Positions 43,471 through 56,425 of a stretch of 64,000 nucleotides of DNA are shown here, piece after piece (position 1 is the first letter of the stretch; every line of letters starts with the position of its first letter). Made by a program: the position numbers and the translations under genes. The stretch covers positions 558,001-622,000 of the forward strand of contig NW_027191459.1 of assembly GCF_011745625.1 (NCBI RefSeq). The letters are read 5' to 3'. Under the pieces are notes generated by a model. The model had not been told where the DNA came from and did no database searches. It worked only from the letters and a program-made list of their open reading frames with translations. The DNA is from Cladosporium halotolerans. Taxonomy: Eukaryota.

Positions 43471-44181
43471 TCTGTATTCGAAACAGGCAGGTCCCGCGTC
43501 GTTGTGAAGATTAGTATTTACTGCCGTCCTTGCTGCATCTCAGAACGGGGCAAGATTGCACATGCTTATAATAATCGGTGCGATCAACGATCAGGCAACG
43601 GTACAAGCCGAAGGCGTCTCGATGCTCAGCCTTAACGTGCAGCCAGTGGTACCACAAGCTCGTGACTAGAATAACATGGCGTGACGCTCACATCGTGCCT
43701 CAGCCCCGAACGGTCCAAGCCCACGCGCCAGCACCAACGTCCTGTGCCCAAAGCAGTGAGTACACCATGGTGAGGACGAGTGCCCAGCGCTTGGCGGAGG
43801 ATTCGCAGCTGGTGCAGTGGTGTGAGGTGGAGAGCTGAAATACCACTGCTGAGACAAGAGGGCGAGAGTTTGGCGTTGGCGCGGGGGCTGGGGCTGAGAG
43901 CGGTGGGTGGAGGGTTCGAAAGCGGGCTTTGTGGCTGCGTGCGCCATGATGGGCTCGACTCCGTTTGGTTTGGGAGTGACAACCTTCCCATGCCGTACTT
44001 TAGCATGGGGACCCGTACATATAGTTGTGGCGAGAGTGCTGTGCGACCGTCAGACGAGGCGGGCGCAAGGCAGGAAGCTCTCCGCTCACACACACACGAC
44101 ATGGCGAGCGCATAGTCGAACTCAACAGCTCTTACATACGTGGGCGACAGCGGAGATCGATGCGACTCACCAGCTCCAAGG

Positions 44182-45799
44182 ATGACTTTTCCAGTTCCTC
44201 AAGTCTTGCAGGCGAATGAGTGGCTTGGAAATGATGGCAACTGGTCGACGTGGGAGATTGCAGCCGGCACTCCACCGCAGCGACTTAATGTGCTTCCATC
44301 AACATCGCACGGCGAGATCTGGCTACCAGTACCGGAAGGCTGCACCTGGCTGACCGATAATGGCGGCTGCGGACCGAGTAGAGGCGTGCACGACTTCGAA
44401 GGCGTAGAGAGTCTCGGTTTTCAAACAAATGCTTCCAGCACTTGGAGCCAAATCGGAATATACGAGCTCTCTGCGGGCGGAGATCTTTTCAACACCGTAG
44501 AATCCGGCCTTTACGGTCTGGACACGGTTTCTGTGGCCAGCGATGCGAGAAACATTACCGATCAAGCTATCGCAGGGATTGCCACGAAGGACTTCTGGCT
44601 CGGCAGTATGGGATTGAGCCAGCAGGCTTCCGATTTTGCGGTCGCGGACGAAGTCGCCGAGAGTCTGCTCAATAATATGAAGAGACTCAATATGACACCA
44701 AGTGTTTCTTTTGGTCTTGCTGTGGGTACTTCTTATGGTCAGTCAGCTCCGATTGTGATATTGGACTTCTTAGCGCAAGATTGCTGACTTCTCATATCTA
44801 GACGCGCTTCAAGGCAGCCTCGTCATCGGTGGTTTTGACAAGAGCCTATCTCAGGATCCTGGAATTAGCATTCCGACCAGCGACAATCAAACGCGTGCTC
44901 TCATGGTCAGCGTGCAAAGCATCGTGGCCACGAATACGTTGCAAGGGACGTCTTCCCTGACCGACGACCTCCCTAGCCTCACAATGGCGATAGACTCGGG
45001 CGTGTCACAGCTTTGGCTCCCTCCGGCGGTCTGCGATGAACTGAGCGAGCTGTTCGGTCTTAGCTACGATAATCAGACAGGCCTCTACCTCGCCAACGAC
45101 ACTGCTCGCGAGCAGCTTCTGGGCCTCTCTCCGGAAGTGACATTCACATTATCAGCCAATGCGACATCGAATGAGACTGTTAGCATCGTCCTCCCGTATC
45201 GAGCCTTCGATCTAATGGCCGGCGTCGCAATCTTCAATGAGACGACCAGATACTTTCCTATTCGTCGCGCCACGAACGACACCCTTTATGTGCTAGGACG
45301 AACGTTTTTGCAGGAGGCCTACCTGGTGGTGGATTGGGAGAGGGCGAATTTCACGGTCAGTCAATTGTCGCACCAGCGGCCTGCAAATGCAGAGATTGTG
45401 CCGATCTTGCCCGTGAGCCACCAGCCACCCAAACCCACGGGACTGAGCGCGGGAGCTATCGCTGGCATTGTGGTGGGCATTGTGGTCGTCCTGGCGGCGG
45501 TCATTGCAGGAGCGTACTTTTTCTGGTGGAGGAAACGCCGCTCGAAGCGGGCTGAATCTGTGGACGAAGGCGACGAGAAATCTCGTCCAATCTCGCCGTA
45601 CCCACAGGACAAAAAGACCGAAGGGCCCGCAGAGCTCGGTGCTGATACGACATTGCTCACCGAAGCGGATTCGGGCCAGGTCCACGAGCTGCATCAAGAG
45701 CAGATGCCGCACCAGCTCATGTCAACGCAGGTGTACGAGTTGCCGGCGGAGATGGTCGAACGGGAGCTGGATGCGGGCCCGAAGCCGCGAAAAGACTGA
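44182..45799 (+). CDS. Pepsin-fold (acid protease-like) single-pass membrane protein, probably catalytically inactive; intron 44738-44801
   Basis: WLGNDGNWST, GTPPQ, GSLVIGGFD, IDSGVSQLWLP, LGRTFLQEAYLVVD, TM LSAGAIAGIVVGIVV followed by WWRKRR. Confidence 0.85.
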
Positions 45800-46588
45800 A
45801 GGACTAAGATAGATTGGGGCTTCCCCGTTGGTGTGGACTATTGCTCATGTACAAAAAGCGTTGTTGCGACAATTCAGACCTGTCCGCTCCATCACGGATG
45901 TCCGTCTCCAGACAAGGTTCTGCTCATGCGGCTAGGCTCGTACTGTGTCTCACACCTCTCTCCACGCCGGCAAGGATTGAAGAAGGCTATCAGTAGCGGA
46001 GATTGTCGGGTGGTGCGGACGGAAAGGTGGTGTCGCGTTCGCCTTGGGTCGCATGGCCTGGAGAGAACGTCTATTATAGCAGTTCATCGATCTTCGTGCA
46101 GGGCGACAGGGACTCAAGCACCGTTGTAACGCGTGGGATGCACGAGGCGGCGCGTGGTGGTTTCAGTACCGATGACAGTGGGAAGGCCGGTGGTTGGTCG
46201 CAATAAGCTCAGGCGATTGAGATGGCCAGCGCTGGTACCGGCGTCGCTCGCTAAACCTGCCGAGAGGTGCCAGCGAGACGAGACGATGCGCTGGCACCGG
46301 CCAGTCACGTCGGGGCAGTGGGGCGCGTCACTTGGTCGTCCCAACTCCACCCTCAGCTGCCGGCAAGCGAACGGCCAAGCATCGCATAGCGGCGTACAAG
46401 ACCGCAGTAGGACAAACACAAGCAGGCCAAGATATCCTTGTTCTGCATGCAGAAACAATCCGCGCGTCTCGCGTAAGGCACCTTATTATCCTCGCCTGGC
46501 AACAATAACAATGATCCCGTCGTCGCGCCATGCGCAGAGCTTGTCTCGCCGCTTCCAAATCCAATGCCCAGTTTTTCTGCCCGAAAAC

Positions 46589-46599
46589 ACCTTGATGGT
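46589..46599. promoter_or_regulatory. Putative zinc-responsive element (Zap1/ZafA type)
   Basis: ACCTTGATGGT, one mismatch to ACCTTNAAGGT, about 230 bp upstream of the ZIP gene; further CAAGGT cores at 45913 and 46752. Confidence 0.55.
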
Positions 46600-46830
46600 C
46601 AGATGGCTCGCTGGCCCAAAGGCACGCCGTCGCCCTCGCGCGCCCGCCCTCGCTCGTCTTGGGCCTCCTCTTAGGCCTCCTCTTGCCCGCTGCTCCCTAT
46701 ACCCCGTTGCCGTCACCCGCCGAGCGACAACGTTTTTTCGTCACATCTGTGACCTTGGCCCGACTAAACACCCCTCCCGACTCACCACGTAGCACCCGGC
46801 CGGACCGCAGCCTGCTTGAGCGACGCAGCC

Positions 46831-48137
46831 ATGGCCGACTGTCCAACCGACAACGACTTCGACGGGCGCATGGGCGTCCGCATCTCGGCCATTTTCGTCA
46901 TCCTGGTTGGGTCTTTCCTGGGCACATGGTTCCCCGTCTTCGCGGCTAGGCACCAAGGCGTTGGAGTGCCATCATGGGCCTTCTTCATCGCCAAGTACTT
47001 CGGTTCTGGTGTCATCGTGGCGACCGCCTTCATACACGTACGCGCTCTCACCTCAACCCGTCCGCTTTGATCCGATCTGACAGACTGCAGCTGTTGGCAC
47101 CCGCAAGTGAAGCTCTTACGGATGAGTGCCTCACTGGACCGATCACGGAGTACCCGTGGGTGGAGGGAATCTGCCTCATGGCAGTCTTCGTCCTCTTCTT
47201 CGTCGAGCTGATGGTCATGCGATTCGCACGCTTCGGCCACTCTCACGACCACGACGTGGAGCATCGTCCAGGGTACGGAACGCCCTCACTCCGTAATCGT
47301 CTCTCAAGTCCTGTTGCTTACCAATTCACAGGACGCCCGACACCAGCTCCATCGGCTACCGCGACGAGCCCCTCACAACCAAGGGCGCAGCCGGCACCCA
47401 CGAGCCTACCGAGATCCCTCTCCAGGACTCGCCCAACTCCAACGACAGACGGCCATCCGCCTGCGCCGGCCCCCACGTCCCGGGCGACGACCACCTCTCG
47501 CACTCGCGCGACCACCCCTCCACCAACAAAGGTAAGCCTCCCCATCTCTCCCCACCTGTAGTCAATCACATCTAACACCCCATTCCCAGACCACTCCGCC
47601 GCGCACACCCACGGCCCCTCCAACCGCACCTTCGACCCCGAATCCTACGCCGCCCAGCTCACCGCCATCGCCATCCTCGAATTCGGCGTCATCTTCCACA
47701 GCGTCTTCATCGGGCTAACCCTCGCCGTCTCCGGCGAAGAGTTTCCCACCCTCTACGTCGTCCTCGTCTTCCACCAAACCTTCGAAGGCCTCGCCCTCGG
47801 CAGCCGCCTCGCGTCAATCGACTGGCCCAAATCCAAGCGCTGGACGCCCTACCTCCTCGGCGCCGGCTACGCCTTCTCGACCCCCATCGCCATCGCCATC
47901 GGGCTCGGCGTCAGGCAGTCGTTCGCGCCCGGCAGCCAGACGACGCTGATCGTAAACGGCGTTTTCGACTCCATCTCCGCCGGCATCCTGATCTACACGG
48001 GCCTCGTCGAGCTCATGGCCCACGAGTTCATGTTCAGCGGCTACATGCAGCGGGCGCCCATCAGGGAGGTGCTCGGCGCGGTGGGCACGATGGCCGCGGG
48101 CGCGGGGCTGATGGCGCTTTTGGGCAAGTGGGCTTGA
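46831..48137 (+). CDS. ZIP-family zinc transporter (Zrt2/ZrfB-like); introns 47038-47090, 47273-47331, 47532-47589
   Basis: KYFGSGVIVATAFIHLL, His-rich loop, ILEFGVIFHSVFIGLTL, FHQTFEG, ISAGILIYTGLVELMAHEF, ALLGKWA*. Confidence 0.95.
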
Positions 48138-48831
48138 GTTTCTTGGAAGAGCGATTTGGCGGTTTGGGGAATTTGTTGGATTGCATACCTCATCTGCGGT
48201 GATATCTTTTCGTGAGCTTTTGTGTAGATTTGCTTGTTTTTTTTTTAGCGTTCGGAGCGAGTTTTGCGACGCTTTGTTTTGAGCTTTTTAGTGTTGAATG
48301 GAATCATCGCATCGCATGAGATCTAAGGTTTTTACTTGAGCGGCCTTGTCCTTCGTGTTTGTGTTTCAGTCGCCATCGGCCGTATCTATCTTCGAAGATG
48401 GGTAGGAGGCTGTCTGTTCGGCCACGACCATGCGTCTCGAAATGTTCTAGGGGTCTGTTTTGCGCGGCCCGCAGGTTTCGTAGGTATTCCACGAGCGCAT
48501 GATTATTTCTCTGTCCCGGGACATCAGCTGGTGGAATGACGGCGGGTGGTCACAGTAACTACACGACATCACAAGACACGACACAGGTAGTGAAAGCGGA
48601 CAGGCATTTGGTGGAAAGAAAGAAGAGACAAGTGATCTCTTGTCTTGGCTCAAGCTAGACTACATGTGCCGCCTCATCTTTTTCTTCGTGAGGCATGAAG
48701 TCCACCGATCGCCTCGTTCAGACAGGGGAAGATCGAGCGTTGCTTCTTTCAAACTTTCCGATTTTTTTGTTATCTACCATGCAGCGAAACGCACGCACCT
48801 ATCCATTCTCTGGAGGTAGGCGGCGAGTGCT

Positions 48832-49746
48832 CTAGTAGCGCTTGCCCTCGCGGAGGACGTCAGAGTACTCATCGAGCGGGGAGCGGATGAGCTTGTTCTC
48901 CTTCCACAGGTTGGGGGTGAGGAAGCCGTAGGTGTCGGTGACGGCGGAGAAGGTGGCCTTGAGGGTGTTCTCAAGGGTCTTGGTGCTACCGGAGGAGGCA
49001 GAGTAGGCGTCGTTGACACCAGCGAGCTGCAACAGACGCTTGACGGCCGGGGAGGCGACAATGCCGGTACCGCGGGGGGCGGGGATGAGCTGTGGATTCT
49101 GTCAGTCCCAGGATTCCGAGATTTGATGAGGGATAGAGATTTGTAACTTACACGGACGGTGACGGAACCGCACTTGCCAGACTCCTTGACGGGAATGGAG
49201 TGAGGCTCACCAAGGTTGGTACCCCAGTAACCGCGACGGACGGGGATAACGTTGAGCTTGGCGATGATGATGGCGGCACGGATGGCGGTAGCGACTTCCT
49301 TGGAGGTCTTGATACCGAGACCGATGTGGCCGTTGGAGTCACCGATGAGGACGACGGCCTTGAAGCGGGTGCGCTGACCGGCACGGGTCTGCTTCTGGAC
49401 GGGCTTGATCTGTTGCGGTTCTCCGTTAGTATTCTGTTCCTGTTCCTGTGCCATTGGGCGGTGTTGTTCTCAGGCTGATTTTGCGCACCTTCATGACCTC
49501 GTCCTTGAGGGTGGGGAGGAAGAAGTCGACGATCTGGTACTCCTTGATGGGCAGAGAGTGGAGGTAGATCTCCTCCATGCTCTTGATCTTGCCGGCCTTC
49601 ACGAGACGGCCGAGCTTGGTCACGGGCTGCCACTCCTTCTCCTCGCTCTTAGCACCACGGCGGGGGCCACGACGGCCGCCACGGCCACGGCCACGGTCAC
49701 CGCCGCGCTCGCCGCCACGGGAAGCAAATCCACCTCTGTCGGCCAT
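48832..49746 (-). CDS. RPS2: 40S ribosomal protein S2 (uS5); introns 49410-49488 and 49090-49151
   Basis: RGG N-terminus, [44 protein letters not shown]. Confidence 0.98.
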
Positions 49747-50423
49747 TTTGTATGTTGTTGGGTGTTTGGGTCGGGTGGTCGTTGGTCGTGGTGGTCGGGC
49801 GCAACGCTCGAAGTCGGCGAGCGCAAAAGTTTGGCTGCGGTTGTGGGCAACTCTTGGCAGCGAATTTGGGCGGACGGGCTGGTGGGATGGAGCGATCCGC
49901 GCTGGCTGGCTGGCTGTGGGCGGACTTTGTGCGCCTGACTTGATGCCTGAGGCCTGTGAGCGCCAGCACTTCAGCTCCATCGGATACTACCAAGTATTAC
50001 ACCTCTGCACGCTCCCACATACGGCGCATAATTCCCCAGTGCAAGTCACTGCTGCAAGACTGGATCAACTGCCGTGTATCACCGAGCACTGCGATCCTTT
50101 CCAATCATCATCATTCCCCCACGATCATGAGAGATGCCGCGGACTCCGCGTTCCGGAGCTGTCCATTCCTCTATCCCCGGCCACACCCTCAAGACACGCC
50201 CTCCTCTACAAAGAACCACCGGCGTCTAGGTATCTGCGCTTCTTAACTCCTATATTGTTGCCTGGCCGATAATCTCAAATATCGTGCTCTCTGTAGTCAA
50301 TTCAAAGTTGCGACACCCAACTCTCTTAACCGCCTCTGCCAGAGCTCTTAATCATTCGCCAACAGCTGCTTACACCCTCTGCTTCAATCCATCTCTCGTA
50401 ATCATTTCTCACTCCTCGAAACG

Positions 50424-51465
50424 ATGGGTCCTCTCCGTCAATGTCTGTACGACCAGGCCTTCACAACGCCAGAACTGCCGAAGACCGACTGCACCGGCCG
50501 CACGGTAATCGTCACTGGCGCAAACACAGGTCTTGGAAAGGAAGCCGCGCGCCACCTTGTCCGCTTGAACGCCGACCGAGTAATCATCACCTCGCGCACT
50601 GCTTCCAAGGGCAAAGCTGCCGCTGAAGACATCGAGAAGACCACTGGGCGGAAAGGTGTTGTTGAAGTCTGGGATCTCGATCTTGAAAACTACGACAATG
50701 TCAAAGCGTTCGCGGAGCGAGTCAAGACCTTGAAGAGACTCGATGCGATCATCGAGAATGCCGGGAAAAGCACCTTGGACTTCAACGAGGTTGGCGGGAA
50801 CGAAAGCACCATCACCGTCAACGTTGTCAGCACGTTCCTTCTGGCCCTCCTGGTCATTCCTAAGCTCCAAGAAACTGCGCGGACTTACAACATCGTTCCG
50901 AACTTGACCATCATAAGCTCTGATGTGCATTACTTGACAAGCGTGAGTTCTGTCTATTGGTCGCTATTGGTGTCTACCACTAACGCTCGTGACCCAGTTC
51001 CCCGAACGCAAGTCCCCAAACATCTTCGCCGAGCTCAACAACCCCAAGAAAGCCCGCATGTTCGACCGCTACAACGTCAGCAAGCTCCTCGAAGTCTTCG
51101 CCGTCCGCCACATCGCCCGCAACCACCCCGTCTCGCAACTCCACGTCACGCTCAACACCCTCACGCCCGGCCTCTGCGAGTCCGAGCTCCTCCGCGAAGC
51201 CAACCCTATCATCACGGCTTTCGCGTGGCTCATGAAGAAGCTGTTCGCGCGCACGACGGAGGTCGGAGCTCGCACGCTGGTGCATGGTGGTGTGGCGGTT
51301 GGCGAGGAGACGCATGGCAAGTTCATGCAGACTTGCAAGGTCACGCAGTGCGCGAAGCTTGTGGAGGGGCCGGAGGGGAAGATGTTGGAGGATAGGGTTT
51401 GGGAGGAGTTGAGCGAGAAGTTGGAGGCGATTGCGCCGGGTGTGACAAAGAATTTGGATGCTTGA
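50424..51465 (+). CDS. Short-chain dehydrogenase/reductase (retinol-dehydrogenase-like); intron 50943-50997
   Basis: TGANTGLG, ENAG, catalytic YNVSK, PGLCES. Confidence 0.93.
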
Positions 51466-52318
51466 TGTTCCATTGACGTCCGGCTTGGACTTGTGTTATG
51501 ATATGTCCCGGAGTTTCATGTGGTCGTTCCCGTCGACTGTTTAGACGGCGTAAGTGGAGTTGACTTAGGGTTGTTAGGGTTGCTAAAGAGGCCGGCTCAT
51601 CGAGAGCCGATAATACTATCAAATAGTTGTACGATTTTTTCGTCTTAGAATGATGAGCTGCCTAATTCTATAATATGGTAGGATTGTTTTCCCTTGTGTA
51701 AATATCATATAATCTTCGAAACCAGCTCTTCCACCTAGCATTCTCCTGCTGTGGCAGTCTTTCAATATTGACCAAAGAAAGATTCATTGACCGTTCATCG
51801 TTGCGTTGATACTGCGCACCAAGACCATATTCTTGTATTGGCCAAAACACCTCATGACTCAAGAAATCGTCATTCCTTGTCTCACCAATACCAAACAGCA
51901 GCTCACGCTTGGCCAAAGCTGCAGAGTTGCAGACGTTCGCAGCCTGCAGCCCGCCTTTTCTCGCCTCGAACCGGCAACGCCTGTTCGCCCGCGTGGAGAT
52001 CCTGGCCGCGGCCGCTGTAGCCGCCGCTAGCGACGTAGCTCGCCATCTCGCACGGATGGTCTGGCAATACCTACGCAACGAGAACGCCAACGCTCTCCCT
52101 CGCTTTGGGCACGTACGTAATACGTAAGCAAGCAGGCACACCGCTCGCCGGCAACCGTTCGACACAACAAGCGCAGCTTGCCACGCAGGCGTGACACCCC
52201 CCAAGCAAGCGACAGCGAATACCCGCAATCCTCCACGCCCGCAGAGCCGCCTGGACAATGCTGCAATGATCTCACTCTCTCCCCTGCTGTCTGCACAGCT
52301 GAAACGCCAGAACGGGCC

Positions 52319-55300
52319 ATGTCTGGCGATGCCAACCGCTCCTCCGCCGAGCCTGGCCATACCCCAGCGGCGGAGGTGAGCTTCTCTTCTTACGCTGACG
52401 CCCGGCGACACGGCGAGGGGAGTTCGTTGGCAGGGAGTCGAGCGAGTGGGGAGAGATGGAGCGAGAAGGGCGAAAGGCTGAAGGAGAGGTTCTTGACACC
52501 GGATCGCAGGAGTGAGGATGGTGGGAGCGGAGACAGTGGAAGTGAAAAGAAGCGCAGGAGCAGGATCAGGATGTCTGGCGGCGGCGGTGGTGGTGGTGGC
52601 TTCCTCAGAGACAGTGTGTTCGGCAACAGCACGCCGAAGAGCTCGGACAGAGGAAGCGAGCGCAAAGCTGGAAAGAAGAGGCAAGAGCAGGATGGACTAC
52701 ACTTGGACCCGAACAGACTTGTTGCAGGCAATAGGATGTCAGGAGAGTCTTCCACGAGGAGTTCGCCGCTGTCGCGAGAGGTCTCGATCACCCAATCAAC
52801 AAATGAAGGTACACAATCCAGTCCGCCAACCGCCGCTTCAGCTCAGAATATGCGCCAGCCAACTACGACAATGGATCCAGCACAACTCGTTCAGATGGCG
52901 TTGAGTCTTAGCGAGAGCAGAAAACGGCACGTGAGCGGCTCTCTTCCCGTACCAGTAGCGCCTCGCAGTCGGCAAGTCTCTGGAGCTGGCGACAGGTACG
53001 GCACCGTTCGAACACGAGGATCTGAGAGGCCGCGTGTGAGTTCACACCTCAATACTCCAAGCCCTGGATCGTCAAGTCGCAGCCGGGATCGGTACCCTTC
53101 CCCCACAACGAACCCCATCGACGACAATGTCTTGTATACTTTTTCGCCTGCAACGCTCGCAAGAGCAGAGAAGGCACGCAAATACTTCGAGCTTGCCAAC
53201 GAGCATCGTCGTCTGCTCCAAAATCTACCGCCCTTGAAACCGGACGCAGACGCCAGCGGAAACTATACTTTTGAAAGCAGAAGCAGTCCCGGCTACGCAC
53301 AGGCAGAGATCCGCCGTGTGCGCTCGAACACAACCAGTAAGCAAGAGCTTGGAAGACAGTACAACCCGCTACAGACCCTCCGCAACCGGCGCCTCAGAAA
53401 CAAACAGCAACGCTCGCTCACGATACCTCCTGAACTCTTCTCCGATACTGACCGCGTCGCGAGCTGGCTCGACGACGTGGAAGAATCTGCGCGCTGGCCC
53501 AGCTACAGAACAAACCAGGATGTCGTCAATCTACCATATTATGCGCCGCAACCTGGTGAGGATCGCGATTTTTCGACGAGTAAAGGGCACCGCCGAACGG
53601 AGACGGCTGGATCTGTGATCACTAAGCCGGAGAATGATTGGACTGTTGATCCAACTGAGCGTCTGGCCGATACGTACTGGACAGAGCAGGGAGACAACAA
53701 ATTCTTGATCGAGAACAGACGTCGCCAGGCGATCTTCCCGCCTCGAGCAAAACCTGATGTTGAGAACGCTAGACGAAGTGCTGAGCTGAGTCGACAAAAC
53801 ACCAATTCGGACGACAAAAGAGAAGCTTCACAGAAAGAAGAAAGACCACGTAAGCATCGACCAACCCTAGCACTTCGCAAGGCAGATGGCATTCGGTACA
53901 ATCGACTGTCTCGGCTCAAACACTCAGCCAGCACATCCAGTATATCTAGCGATGAGGGCCGCAAGCCTAGATCAGTGGGGAACGGCACACCCGACAGTCT
54001 CAAGCCTTTGAACAAGCACATGGAGGCGATGATTGCGAGGGAGCAAAGAGGCGAAACATCCTCTCCTGATACTGCATCCCCGGACCACTGGGATTCGAAA
54101 CATACGCCTTTCCCAACTCGCAAGGATAAGCGTAGCTCACTGCATGGCGCCAACGGGTCGCTCTCGGTGAACTCTACTGATTCTCACCAAAGATCGAAGA
54201 GTGCAGACGGCAGACTTGCACAACTGATCGAGAGTGAGCAGCCACGATTCTCTTTCGACTCCACACCTCCGTCGTCGCCAATCGTGACGGACTTCGTGCC
54301 TTCACTTGCCATGGACTTCTCTCCCCCAAGCAAGCAGACTCACAAGCACAAATACCGCATGCTGCCAAGGTTCCATTCGAAGAACAAAGACCGTGGCACG
54401 ACAGAAGGCAGGGACTTCGCCGTTGCCTCTGAATCTGAACGCTCACGGGAACCGAGTGGCAATGCCATTGACCCGACCAGACTCAGCGCCGAATACCCCC
54501 GTCCTGGCGATCTGCACCGCCATAAGACTTCCGACAGCATCGCGAGCAGTATTCACAAGCGCGGTATTTCCCGCACACAGACTGGCACAGATAGCTCAAT
54601 CAAAGAGCCAGGCTCAACTGTTGGACGCTTCTTTAAGGGCGGCCGGATCGCTGAACTGGTTCGAAACGACCGTAAGGGACGCAAGGATATGGAGGGCTCT
54701 ACCACAGATGTCTCCGTGCTGCCTTCAGATGCGTCCGACTCTGACGACTCTGCTGACGAACGGAGCCACGCGATTGGGTCGCCTAATGATAGTGAGCCTT
54801 CTCCCCGGACATCCATCGATCCGGGAAGGAACAAGCAGCGGCTGCACATACCCAATCTTCCAACGTTCAAATCGACTTCGGGGCGAGACAAGCCAGCCAG
54901 CTCGCAGCTGACTCCGGTCATATCAAACGAGGGCGAAGACAGCGACCATATCAGCCGCCAAGCTGCCGCCCGGCGTGAAGCAAGCCGCTCTCCGCGTATG
55001 AACCGTCTCATGCCACCTCGAATCAGCCTTCCAGCCGATGACGACTTTGTTTCTAACGCCGACGCTCCGAGTCAGACGTCCGAAGTAATTCAAGCAGAGC
55101 CGAAAAGAAAGAGCTACGGCTTCTTGGCGCCCAACGGAGGCTCTACATCGGAATTGGGCTCGACAGTCTCTTTCGATAATACTACCAGCAGCGTCAAACG
55201 AAATGGCAACTATCCTGTCACCGGTCTCAGTCGGGTGGGAGCAGATCGAGGGCGCCGTCACTGGAGCATTTCAGATCGTGGTATGCGTGAGCAGCAACGA

Positions 55301-55924
55301 CAAGACCTGCTGAAGAGCCAGCACGTCTCTCGCCGCGACCTCGCCCGCGCTCGCGCTCTCTTGCTAGCATCTGGAATCAAAGCGCACAGCCTCGTGAACC
55401 GAGCCAATACCCCCGCTCCCAAAACGCCATCCTTCCTCGTCGCAGCCGCCAAGACCACCTCAGTCGACCCGCCCTCAGTGCCTCTGAAAGAAACCCACCT
55501 CCGCGCCGCAACAATGCTCTCCTCCCACCTCGACCGCTCCTTCAAATCCATCTCCTCAACCCAGCAAACCTACCAGTCCACCACGAGCATCGACCTGCAC
55601 ACGCGCCTGTCGGACCTCAAGTCCCTCGCGGCCGACAAGCTCACGCAGCTCGTGCACAACAGCTCTGACGAGGCGGACGCCTTCGGCGTGCGCCTGACGA
55701 CCGAGCAGACGCTGCGCATCAAGCAGGTCGACGACGCCGTCGACGAGATGCTGAGGCTGCGCCGCAAGCAGTTCCGCCTGCTCAGGCGCACGGGCTTCAA
55801 GATCCTTGAGTGGATGGTGCTGGGGCTTATGTGGTGGGTTTGGTTCGTTGTGGTGTGCTTCAACACGGTCAAGAAGATTATTCTGGGGATCATCAGAGCG
55901 TTGAGGTGGCTCTTTACTCTCTAA
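52319..55924 (+). CDS. Mtc4-like protein with C-terminal transmembrane segment, about 1200 aa
   Basis: RQYNPLQTLRNRR motif recalled from the Mtc4 family, MDPAQLVQMALSLSESR, C-terminal LEWMVLGLMWWVWFVV. Confidence 0.7.
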   Translation: MSGDANRSSAEPGHTPAAEVSFSSYADARRHGEGSSLAGSRASGERWSEKGERLKERFLTPDRRSEDGGSGDSGSEKKRRSRIRMSGGGGGGGGFLRDSVFGNSTPKSSDRGSERKAGKKRQEQDGLHLDPNRLVAGNRMSGESSTRSSPLSREVSITQSTNEGTQSSPPTAASAQNMRQPTTTMDPAQLVQMALSLSESRKRHVSGSLPVPVAPRSRQVSGAGDRYGTVRTRGSERPRVSSHLNTPSPGSSSRSRDRYPSPTTNPIDDNVLYTFSPATLARAEKARKYFELANEHRRLLQNLPPLKPDADASGNYTFESRSSPGYAQAEIRRVRSNTTSKQELGRQYNPLQTLRNRRLRNKQQRSLTIPPELFSDTDRVASWLDDVEESARWPSYRTNQDVVNLPYYAPQPGEDRDFSTSKGHRRTETAGSVITKPENDWTVDPTERLADTYWTEQGDNKFLIENRRRQAIFPPRAKPDVENARRSAELSRQNTNSDDKREASQKEERPRKHRPTLALRKADGIRYNRLSRLKHSASTSSISSDEGRKPRSVGNGTPDSLKPLNKHMEAMIAREQRGETSSPDTASPDHWDSKHTPFPTRKDKRSSLHGANGSLSVNSTDSHQRSKSADGRLAQLIESEQPRFSFDSTPPSSPIVTDFVPSLAMDFSPPSKQTHKHKYRMLPRFHSKNKDRGTTEGRDFAVASESERSREPSGNAIDPTRLSAEYPRPGDLHRHKTSDSIASSIHKRGISRTQTGTDSSIKEPGSTVGRFFKGGRIAELVRNDRKGRKDMEGSTTDVSVLPSDASDSDDSADERSHAIGSPNDSEPSPRTSIDPGRNKQRLHIPNLPTFKSTSGRDKPASSQLTPVISNEGEDSDHISRQAAARREASRSPRMNRLMPPRISLPADDDFVSNADAPSQTSEVIQAEPKRKSYGFLAPNGGSTSELGSTVSFDNTTSSVKRNGNYPVTGLSRVGADRGRRHWSISDRGMREQQRQDLLKSQHVSRRDLARARALLLASGIKAHSLVNRANTPAPKTPSFLVAAAKTTSVDPPSVPLKETHLRAATMLSSHLDRSFKSISSTQQTYQSTTSIDLHTRLSDLKSLAADKLTQLVHNSSDEADAFGVRLTTEQTLRIKQVDDAVDEMLRLRRKQFRLLRRTGFKILEWMVLGLMWWVWFVVVCFNTVKKIILGIIRALRWLFTL

Positions 55925-56425
55925 GTGTCGTGGCCAAGAGAAGGAGTGGTTGGAGGAGAAACGGGATTCCCTATTTGATTTCTTTTCTCAGGTTGTATTT
56001 CTCGAGGTGACGGTCACCATTTCCTTGTTTCTTTGCCAGACAGTCCGTTCTCTGGATTTGGCTTTCTTTGATTCTGATGCGTTTGGCGATACCCCTTGCA
56101 ATATAGCGATCGAGTGTCGAGCGAGGCGTTCACTTGAGAACCAAGGCAGTTGCCTAAGCCATAGGATAACTCTGAATGGCACATTACGTCGTAACATTCC
56201 AACAGCACTTGTCCGAAGAACTCGAAGGTGACACTTGGCAATGCGACGTTGAAAGTGAACACGAAATACATTGGGTATACAAAAACGGGGACTTCAAAAA
56301 GAATGACATCTCCCGACCACCGTCCCAAACCCTTATCCCAGACGATACGAAAAAAGTGCACATCCTAAAACCAAAGCAAACAACACCGTCATATCAGTCA
56401 TCTAGATTAGCCGGCCAACTCTCAA

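Noticed and set aside
5785..49746. Mitochondrial uS5 and cytosolic uS5 genes in the same window
   Set aside because: 42 kb apart with many unrelated genes between; most likely coincidence
51565..51582. TTAGGGTTGTTAGGGTTG: telomere-like repeat or telomerase RNA template
   Set aside because: Only two interrupted units in the SDR 3' region; a telomerase RNA here would run antisense through the SDR gene, and no pseudoknot support was seen
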